A program made the translations under genes and the position numbers. A stretch of 18,865 bases of DNA. Source: Azolla caroliniana (lineage: Eukaryota > Plantae > Polypodiophyta). The notes below the pieces were generated by a model that ran no database searches, was not told where the DNA came from, and was given only the letters and a program-made list of their open reading frames with translations. Of this stretch, positions 1 to 8,900 are shown piece by piece; positions within the stretch are counted from its first letter, which is position 1, and each line of letters starts with the position of its first letter. The stretch spans positions 1-18,865 of the forward strand of contig JBHGNT010000626.1 of the NCBI GenBank assembly GCA_043228905.1, written 5' to 3'.

Positions 1-101
1 AAAAAACAAATATTTATATTATGGAATAACTTAGTTTTTTGTTTAGAATAAGTAGTATTAAGTATCTAAATTGCTTTATTGCTAATAATTTTAATGTTTA
101 C

Positions 102-221
102 CTGTTTAAAAGTTCATACTGGTGTTCGGAATTGTATGCTCTGGCATAGAGGATATTTTCAAGCACAGCAGTTTGATCTAAATCAAATCTATCCGCGATA
201 GTTTTTACTCTATCCGGGCGA
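102..221 (-). CDS. DMC1: DMC1 exon 4
   Basis: Acceptor TTTACAG|221. (F)[39 protein letters not shown]; donor AG|GTAAAC at 101. Not in the ORF track. Confidence 0.9.
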
Positions 222-711
222 CTGTAAATATACAATAAGGAAAACATAATTGACTCCTGAAAAGAATGGAATTAAAATTAAAAAATGGGATTCCCAAATC
301 ACAAACTAAGTTTTGAATATAAAAATAATAAAATTTAAAAAGCTAATAATTAAAATTATAAAACAGATTTTTAATCAGACTTCTGGCTCAGTAATACAAT
401 TTTTAAAATTTTACCAGCTTGTAGCTGTGCCACTACATGATTTGGAAATTGAATGTATCATGTAATTTTCTTTGTCTATTAGTTAGTCTAAACTTAGGCT
501 CGCTACAGATAACTGTCTAACTTTTTCCGGAGTCAGACACCTTAAAAAAAAATTGTGTGAATTTTTTTTTTTTTTAAATTCACTTCCATTTATAAAAAAG
601 TACAAGTATTTAGTTATTTGAATTATCTTTTAAAATCATAGCAACAAATTTTTCAGATTTTATAGAAATATATTTTAAAAATATATAATCCAATCGAGTA
701 TTTTTTTGGTA

Positions 712-784
712 GCTTGAAACATAAATCAATTGTTTAAATTTGTCGCTTAGCTAACTCAACTGCTTTTGACTTTTTGGTTAATTT
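712..784 (+). repeat. Dispersed repeat fragment in DMC1 intron 3, homologous to 1909-1981 and (inverted) 2633-2705
   Basis: Ungapped alignment with 1909-1981 gives 55/73 identities by hand count, including GCTTGAAA, TCAATTGTTT, CGCTTAGC and GTTAATTT. Confidence 0.7.
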
Positions 785-873
785 CATATGATCATTTTAA
801 ATATTTGATGTAACTTTTCTGACTTTAACTGTGACAAATAAAATAACTTATACAAATAATTATTAAAGGATAC

Positions 874-1041
874 AAGGTGTGTTCGGTATCAATAAACATA
901 ACTTTTCCTCCAATATACCCATTAGATCCTGGCATTTGAGCTGTGACACATAAAGTGTGCGAAATCTGTGTTTTTCCTGTTCGAAACTCGCCAAAAACTT
1001 CAATTATTGACATAGATTCTAGACCTCCTCCTAGCAAATTA
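874..1041 (-). CDS. DMC1: DMC1 exon 3 (Walker A)
   Basis: Follows a 62-nt intron (1103-1042). [55 protein letters not shown]; donor TT|GTATCC at 873. Confidence 0.92.
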
Positions 1042-1103
1042 CTAACAGACAAGTCATAATTAATAAGACATTTATGAATAATTTTTTTCCCATAACAACA
1101 TAC

Positions 1104-1255
1104 TCCAAATTACGACTCCCAGTGCTAATCTTGAATATTTATTAAAAAGCAGTTAGTCATAGAGACTTTGCAACATGCGTCTTTAATTTGTTCTACCTTC
1201 TTGTCAGTAAATCCTTTAATGCCTAATAGTTTTTTACGGGTACACATTTGGACAC
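1104..1255 (-). CDS. DMC1: DMC1 exon 2, frameshifted
   Basis: Acceptor TTTAG|1255. Reads [37 protein letters not shown], then only 4 nt (1142-1139), then [12 protein letters not shown] in another frame. Donor GA|GTATGT at 1103. Confidence 0.85.
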
Positions 1256-1396
1256 CTAAAATTACTTTTATTAGTAGTTGTGAAGCTTATAAATTGTTTT
1301 GAATATCAGCTGTGCATCTACAAACTACATGTTAATAAAAACTTTTGTGTTTCTTTTTATAATAGTATTGGCTTTTACTTGATGAAAATCCGTTAA

Positions 1397-1564
1397 AATT
1401 ATTTAAATCAATAAGACAATGAGTTTAAGATTTTCACAAAAAAGTAAACATTATATTAAAAATGTGACATGTTTCGAAGAAGTTACTGTGTTAACCAAAT
1501 ATGTCACATTTTTGAAATAATGTTTATTATTTTGCGAAAATCTTAACTCATTATTTAAATAATT
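1397..1564. repeat. MITE-like small foldback in DMC1 intron 1 (left palindrome arm)
   Basis: AATTATTTAAAT..ATGAGTTTAAGATTTTCACAAAA..AAAAATGTGACAT (1397-1470) is inverted in ATGTCACATTTTT..TTTTGCGAAAATCTTAACTCATTATTTAAATAATT (1501-1564). Confidence 0.7.
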
Positions 1565-1599
1565 ACTTTTTTGTTTAATGTCAACTTAAGTTCGCGTAC

Positions 1600-1825
1600 C
1601 TTTTATAGTATTTATTCCAAATTTCTTCATAGCTTTTATATCTTCTGGGGCAATATTTTGTTCAACCAACACGTCTATATCCAAGAACACCATATCTTCC
1701 TCTTCGATGTTTCCGATAGAACCTTCTTCAGTTCTACATTCTTCTTCGGTCACCGTTCTGCAATCTTCCTCAGTTCTAGAACCAGTCAAGGCCGCTAGAT
1801 CGGGTTTTTGAAGCATTTCGGTCAT
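1600..1825 (-). CDS. DMC1: DMC1 coding exon 1 (ATG at 1825), with acidic N-terminal extension
   Basis: MTEMLQKP...EEEDMVFLDIDVLVEQNIAPEDIKAMKKFGINTIK-G; donor G|GTACGC at 1599. An acceptor-like polypyrimidine tract plus TAG at 1861-1859 suggests an upstream UTR exon. Confidence 0.85.
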
Positions 1826-2379
1826 TTTATTTGAGATTGAAGATATGCCGTGCAAAATCTATTTAAGACGAAAAAAAATCTAAAACTCCTAAAGCAGTTT
1901 TTGAGATGGCTTGAAATGTTAGTCAATTGTTTGAATTTGGCGCTTAGCCTGCTCGATTGCTTACCACTCCTCAGTTAATTTTAATGGTCCAACCCCAACC
2001 ATCGAAAATGGTCCCGGTTAATGATAACCAAAAAAGTATGACTTATTGAAACGGTAAAATAATTTAGCGAAAACCATTTATTATTTATGATAAGGTATAC
2101 GGTAGTTCCTTAATTGAAAATTAAAATCATTAGCAAAAAATACCAAAGTAATGTTAAGGTTACAAATATCAGAAAACGCCGCGACAAAAAACGCGTGCAT
2201 AAAAGCAGCCTAAATCCTTTATGATCAATTTTTCCAGAAATAAGAAATTAGTGAAAAACAGTACTATATGGGTAATCTAACTATAATGTCCGATGATTTA
2301 TTCTCATTCAATCTTCGTTAGTTAAATTTAGGTAAACGTTTAATAGTATAAATCAGTAAATCTACTGGAAAATTAGATC

Positions 2380-2390
2380 TGGTAACACTG
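2380..2390 (+). promoter_or_regulatory. Candidate core-promoter element (Ohler motif 1 / M1BP-like) in the palindrome spacer
   Basis: TGGTAACACTG matches YGGTCACACTR at 10/11 positions and lies upstream of both DMC1 exon 1 copies. Confidence 0.35.
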
Positions 2391-2756
2391 CGAATATTTC
2401 TGCTTTTAATAGATTGGCAGCTCTTTTGGCTGCATAATTTTTCTGATATTTGTAACCTTAACATTACTTTGGTCTTTTTTGCTAATGATTTTAATTTTCA
2501 ACTAAGGAACTACCGTATGCCTTAGCATAAATAATAAATGGTTTTCGCTAAATTATTTTACCGTTTCAATAAGTCGTACTTTTTTGGTTATCATTAACCG
2601 AGACATTTTCGATGGTTGGAGTTTGACCATTAAAATTAACTGAGGAGTTTTACGCATTCGAGTAGGCTAAGCGCCAAATTCAAACAATTAACTAACATTT
2701 CAAGCCATCTCAAAAACTGCTTTTAGGAGTTTTAGATTTTTTTTCGTTTTTAATAG

Positions 2757-3011
2757 ATTTTGCCCGACATTTCTTTAAATAAAATAACCGAAATGATTCA
2801 AAAACCCGATATTGCGGCCGTGACTCGTTCTAGAACTGAGGAAGATTGCAGAACGGTGACCGAAGAAGAATGTAGAACTGAAGAAGGATCTATTGGAAAC
2901 ATCGAAGAGGAAGATATGGTGTTCTTGGATATAGACGTGTTGGTTGAACAAAATATTGCCCCAGAAGATATAAAACCTATGAAGACATTTTGAATAAATA
3001 CTATATAAAAG
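2757..3011 (+). pseudogene. DMC1: Inverted, dead duplicate of DMC1 exon 1
   Basis: Same peptide as exon 1 (RTEEDCRTVTEEECRTEEGSIGNIEEEDMVFLDIDVLVEQNIAPEDIK). Lesions: ATG->ATA start loss, GGA->TGA at 2991-2993, a 2-nt insertion before the retained donor G|GTACGC, and a 6-nt deletion upstream. No exon 2 copy follows. Confidence 0.92.
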
Positions 3012-3046
3012 GTACGCGAACTTAAGTTGAAATTAAACAAAAAAGT

Positions 3047-3215
3047 AATTATTTAAATAATGAGTTTAAGATTTTCACAAAAAAATAATAAACATTATAT
3101 TAAATATGTGACATATTTGATGAACATAGTAACTTCTTCGAAACATGTCACATTTTTAATATATTTATTTTTTTGTGAAAATCTAAAACTCATTGTTTTA
3201 TTGATTTAAATAATT
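3047..3215. repeat. Copy of the MITE-like foldback in the right palindrome arm
   Basis: Same nested inverted repeat, carried along in the duplication. Confidence 0.7.
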
Positions 3216-4368
3216 TTAACGGATTTTCATCAAGTCAAAGACAATACTATTATACCACAAGATGGATCTGGTGGAGATCAAGACATAGAGAGCATGTAAA
3301 AATCATTTGGCACCTTTGAAAGAGATTGGGTATTCCCACTTTGGGATTTTTCTTGATCATTTCAAAATTACATTAATTTTTTGAAAAGTTATATGGGTGG
3401 CACAACATGGTTTAGAGCCAGACGGTCCATGATCATCTTCAAAATGGACTGACAAATTGCCTTATAGCAGTCCATAAAACAAAGAACAAAAACCAACTGC
3501 AAAAAATTACATTTTTGATCCAACTGTTAATTGAATGGGCTTGCCATAATAAAAACTGACACCAGAGAGATATATATTATTGTGTCCTAAACTAATATCA
3601 ACGATTCCTTGACACTCCTGAACAAAGGTCTCTTTCATTTGTTCCCATGCTGGTCTGGTTTTTACTTTATAGTACCATGTTAACACCATATAACTACCTC
3701 ATGCCGACACGATTCCTTTTCTCTAATAATAAATTCTGATTTGTTAATGTAAATCACCAATATGGATATCAAAAATTTAATATACTTAAAGCTATGTCTA
3801 AAAATGGCGTGGAATAAAACAAATAATTTAAAAAACGTCTAATTATATTTATTTAATGTTAAAAAGGTGTCGGGGACTGTACAAGGGGACGCGGTACAAA
3901 TAACGAAACTCGATATAATTAAAAACATATTGCTAAATACTTAATATACACGCTAAATTACTAAAAAATACACAACCTAATTTTTTCATATTAAAAACAA
4001 AGCTTAGCTTATTCTTAATATAAAAAAAAATACAATATTTGGCTATCAGTTTATACTATCAATGTTGAAAATACAACTGTTTAAAGGTTACCACAAGGGG
4101 TAATAGTTTATTTATAATATACTACCTAATCTAACATAAAATTGTTTTTCATTCGGACATTTTGACGAAATTGAAGTCTTTGATAAAGTCAAATTTAACT
4201 AATTAAAAATATATGTTGAATTGACCTTTTGGCGATACAATTTTCAACAGTATTATAACTGGTTAATTACAAAATTAGTCCGACGCGCTATCTACCGATA
4301 ACGGTAGAAATCACAAAGCTGACGTGAAGTACTCAGCGAAGCAATAATTCCAATGTCGGATTCAACGA

Positions 4369-4725
4369 TTTGAATTTTGGCCAACCAAACATATATTTGA
4401 GAAAATTTATCCAACGACATCCTACGACCGGTTTTGAACTCTATCAGTTCTCACCATGCAAGCTAGTCAAAATTCCCAGATGTTAAAGTTTTGTTGGGAT
4501 CAAATTAGATGAAATATCTCAGTTTACCAAACCGATATATTTAAATTATTCCGCACAAGCATGGAGCACAACATTCCTAGTGTTTACAACACATTCTTTG
4601 CCAACAAAATTATAGAAATTTTTGAGATATTTATCCTTTGACTAGCTGATGCAGTTCGAAACCGGTCGAAAGATGTCGTTGAATGAATTCTCCCAACAAT
4701 ATGTTTTGTTTACCAAACTGCAAAT
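4369..4725. mobile_element. Inverted pair of a decayed hammerhead-bearing repeat (Penelope pseudo-LTR-like or retrozyme-like)
   Basis: 4369-4471 aligns to the reverse complement of ~4637-4725 (CAACGACATC, CGACCGGTTT, GAACT, GCTAGTCAAA). Contains GAAACCGGTC and the GAAC/GTTC stem. Confidence 0.65.
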
Positions 4726-5794
4726 ATTTGATTAATTATATAATTAATTCATATTTTAGACAAATATACACATATTTTTTGCCATGGGTTATAGTGTTTT
4801 TTGTGTATTCCTTTTATATTTAATTTTAAAACATATTGATAGTTTGGGAGCTATACATTGGCACCAACTTTTATAAATATTTTTAAACAGAGTATTATAA
4901 TGTATTTAATTTACTAAAACCTGACAATAGTATATATGGTTTAGAAAACCTTTAGGACTGCATTGCTTGAGATATATTTAAAAAAACTCTTCCAAAAAAA
5001 TGGGTGTATTGCATGTATGGCAAATAGTTTTTCTTAGATTTCAATGCACATGGACCAACATATCTATACTAAATTGGATTATTTAAAATGTGACTAACAA
5101 TATTTTTAGCATTTCAAAAAATATTTACATGTACATGTTCAATATTCACCAGCATGTATATATTAAAACCATTATTATAATTTTGACCTATTAATACTAT
5201 ACTATAGTGGCCCTTTGTGCTTTAGAAATGTGCACATTTGTTTTAGGAAACTAATATACTTTTTTCGTGCCTCTAATTAGGTAACAAAACAGAAGTAACT
5301 TGCTATTGTACAATGAACTGAGGCCGAGGCAAAAATGGTAAGGGAAATTTCTCAGGAAAAGAGCATAGAGCATACTTTATTATCATAGTATGGAGGATAT
5401 GTGGTCCAAACCTAACGCAAATTAGGTAGCACTGTCAGGTGATTCAGTCAGTTGGGTCAATTTTAAATTTACAGTCATTAAGTAAGGAATGTTTAAAAGC
5501 ATTTATTTTAAAATGTTAACTTTTAAAACACATACATATTAATCATTCCCAAATGATCTGTCTCGAAATGAGAAATTATATAGACATTTCACAGATAGAA
5601 ATATTTCACTTTACACCATTAAAATTCTATAGAACACAGTATTTCAAAGTCAGTGTCAGAAATATTAGTCATTTACCTAAAATATGTACACAATATCAAT
5701 AATCCCTTAAAATCGACCCAAATAAAAACTGGACTCTTGTAAACCTTAACTCAAAACATCTCTATCTAGCCATTTTTACAATATGGAAGATGCA

Positions 5795-5944
5795 TTACCG
5801 AAACCGATAACTGTTCTTATGGAAATTGTTTTTGTGATGAAAGTTCCTTTTATGTCGATTGCCATGGTAAAAATGCTTGTTGTAATGATGGTTACCGCCG
5901 CTTGAACCGTTTGTTTGAGTCCAGTTCTTCGTGTTATGGAACTC
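5795..5944 (-). CDS. USP36: USP36 terminal coding exon
   Basis: Acceptor TTTTTGTTCCAG|5944. [52 protein letters not shown] at 5797-5795, phase 0. Candidate AATAAA signals downstream at 5507-5502 and 5381-5376. Confidence 0.82.
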   Translation of the reverse strand, partial: EFHNTKNWTQTNGSSGGNHHYNKHFYHGNRHKRNFHHKNNFHKNSYRFR

Positions 5945-8900
5945 CTGGAACAAAAAAATTTATAAATACAATTTAGTTAAATACAAAATAGTTACAATTG
6001 AATGTGATTGGGTGACATGATATTGGTTTAACTAATGTTCATTTGTAACCCCATTTTCTTGATATTTTATTCAATAGTTCTATCATATTATTAAGCTCTT
6101 CTGAATCATTGGAGATGACCAATCCATTTCTTTAAATATCTCTTCCAGTGCCATCCTTTAGATTTTAGGAATACAATAGACTTAATATTTATCACAATTT
6201 TTTTAAATATTATTTAATTATTTGGTAAAATATTCACAAATATTAATAGTTGAATGCTAAAATTTTTCAGATGAAACAAAGATGTATGTGAAGACTTGTA
6301 GTAACTTAATTATTGAATAATTATGTCTAATATTTATGCTTACCCTAAAGAGTTAAATATATAATGTAAATTTAGAATCGTTTAGCTTATAAAATATTAA
6401 ATTCAGAAAACTACCGATTAATACCAACCAAACTGGTTAAGACTTAAGATACTCACAGCAATAAAAAATAAATATTTTTATCAATACATGGATTTTATAA
6501 TTTAAATATTCATAATCATGTTGACTAATTATATATTTCTTGTTTAATAAGTAAATTACATATAAAAAAACAATTATTTTTAATTTTAAGCTTAAAAGTA
6601 AGATCCGACCTTTCTCCTTGTCAGACCCCTCTTTTTACGTTTATTTTGGACGTTATGTTTTTGTTGATTGTATCATGCATGTATACATTGCTATTAGCGC
6701 AATAAATATCCGACTTTGGTCATAAATTTAAACATTTTTTTTAATTTTGCGGGGCTTAAAAGAATGGTTATAATAGAATCAATTATCAAAAAGATAATAA
6801 TAATTAATAATAAATGCAACGAAATTTATTTGAGCTGTTCATTTTAAGTAATATTTTTATGTCAAAATTGAAATTTATACTTTTATAATTAAATCTATTA
6901 AAAAAACATAACTTTTAATATTAAGTATAGATAGTGGACCTAAAATAGATCTCTGCGGAACACCAAATCCAATATCTCCACAAGCAGAGTCTGCCATTGA
7001 GTCTGACACCTTGACGCCTATTCCTAGATATCCACGAAAAAAACCACAAGAGACCGTATTTAACCCAATATAATGCAACTTAGCACATAGCAAGTTATGG
7101 TCCAACAAATAAAAGGCCTTTGAGTGGTCCAAAGACACCGAAATAACACTTATATTTCTATCTAACATTGTAACTATGTTGTCAATGAGGTTTAACAAGA
7201 CTGTTGCTGTACTATGGCCTGATCTGAACGCCGATTGATGCACTGGAAGTAATTTGTGCCAGTTGAGTAGTCAATGACTACTTAACTGAAACATCGAGCC
7301 CTGAGAAGACATTTAACTGCTTCAGGCCCTTCCAAAAGTCCCTCGATTTCTCCAGATAAGCAGCCTTTTATCGACGAATGGAGATTAGCGCGAAGTTACG
7401 CAATCTTTTATATTTCTCTATTTTCAGGAGTTTTGTTGTCCTTATATCTAATGTATTGTCTATCTCGCTCCCGCATTAAAGCTTTTAGAGCTGGCGTAAG
7501 TCAGGGTGCTGGAGGCATGTTCACTCTCACCGTCCTAAAGGGAGCATGGACCTCAAATTACTGCATTAAATCAAACATTGAAAATTGAACTTTATCTTCA
7601 ATATTTTGCATATAGTAAATTTCATTCCACAGAATTACGGACAAGTCATCATAAAACGCCACATTATCAAAATGAAATTCCTGAAGGTTACATATCTCTG
7701 ATGCCCTCTTGTTCCTGGTAAATTTGTGTTACAAAATGTCAATCTGTGATTACCCATATTATTAGCATGACATGTACCGGCTGACAAACCACTATCTGCA
7801 TTACTCGCATATATATTATCAAGAAGAGTAGAACATCTAGCAGTAACTCGAGTAGGCTCATTGATTACGTGTGACAATCCATAAGAATCAAACACCTCTG
7901 TCAAAGGATTCGACACATCTCCCAATAACAGGACAACATTTATGTCTCCCAAAATAAGAATGTGGTCAGAAATAGGCAATATATCCGACAGGAAACCATT
8001 AAGGGCTTGAGCACATATTATAATTATTCTTTTTTCTATAAATAATACAAACTATAATTGCAACCCTGCAATAACTTTCACTTTAATTCACATGTTTTTA
8101 AAACCATCAATTCTCTCTTGCACATAAAACATTTCACACTGATACATCTTCTTCAAATATATATCAACACCTCCGCCTCTACCTCCAACACGATCGGAAA
8201 CAGCAACAACACCATAATCACCCCTCACAATCATATTTACCAATTCTTAAAAAATTGATTTCAAATTCAAATGTGCCATCCCAAATGCAAGAGAATTATT
8301 AGCATTTATAATGTTAGTTATAGGTCTTAGGAACTACGATTTACAGAAATAATTAGTTTTTGAACTTTGAAAACGAATTTCCCACTGCAAACAAGGACAG
8401 TCAATTTAAGGATGTATGGTTGCTGACAACTGATTCATTTTTCCAGTTACTAATTTTAGAGCAATACACACACTTCTTTTCTTGGGATTTACAGTCTTTA
8501 TATGAACACATACGCTTCAATTTAGTCTTGGCAAAGTGAGCAAAACTCATGCAGTTAAAACACCGGAGAACACTCACATGATCAAATACTGGGCACCTTG
8601 ACCATCCTATCCTGACCCGTTTCAAAAAGGTATCATGATAATTCGGATCATATATGATCTATATTTTTATACTTATTGACTTCTTAATTACTTTGATGTC
8701 CATATTTTCCGCATCCAATTCATTTGATTTCACAACTCTATTAACAATAAAATCATCTGAGGCTTCCATGCTATCATGGGCGCTAATGTTCACATTCTTA
8801 ATTTTAGGTTTCTTTGGTCAAGGTCAACACTGTTCCTCTAGTCTGGACGGAAACTTAGTTATATTAAAGGATACCAGTTGGTTGACCTTTTTTTAAATCT

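Larger units (their letters stand above)
102..1825 (-). pseudogene. DMC1: DMC1 meiotic recombinase, 5' four coding exons (1825-1600, 1255-1104, 1041-874, 221-102); apparently disrupted by a frameshift in exon 2; 3' exons lie outside the window
   Basis: The spliced translation gives [32 protein letters not shown], Walker [31 protein letters not shown] and [10 protein letters not shown]. These are DMC1-type rather than RAD51-type residues (RAD51: ETGSITE, HTLAVTCQLP, ARAFNTDHQ). All introns are GT-AG. Exon 2 length breaks the frame, giving TAG at 1127-1125. Confidence 0.85.
1358..3254. repeat. Large imperfect inverted repeat: arms 1358-2176 and 2439-3254, spacer 2177-2438
   Basis: The reverse complement of 2439-3254 aligns along 1358-2176. 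The outer ends are TATAATAGTATTG / CAATACTATTATA and the inner ends are CAGAAAA / TTTTCTG. Checked 50-60 nt blocks show 1-3 mismatches, with a few small indels overall. Confidence 0.97.

Noticed and set aside
825-1052. Calling the recombinase RAD51, or treating this ORF as a stand-alone gene
   Set aside because: Diagnostic residues are DMC1-type, and the ORF ends are intron read-through around exon 874-1041.
1571-1798. Plus-strand 75-aa ORF, and its mirror 2798-3040 on the minus strand
   Set aside because: Antisense shadows of DMC1 exon 1 and its copy; TTG starts and F/S-rich composition from reversed GAA codons.
1358-3254. Palindrome as a sequencing fold-back artefact or as the TIRs of an autonomous transposon
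   Set aside because: The arms differ by many substitutions and indels and have a unique spacer. They consist of host exon and intron sequence, with no transposase and no clear TSD. Read-level confirmation is still advisable.
3507-3689. 60-aa ORF as a gene
   Set aside because: No recognisable motif or convincing splice context; kept only as part of the unidentified block.
8058-8896. Plus-strand ORFs 8058-8258 and 8654-8896
   Set aside because: Antisense to the decayed LINE, with low-complexity translations.
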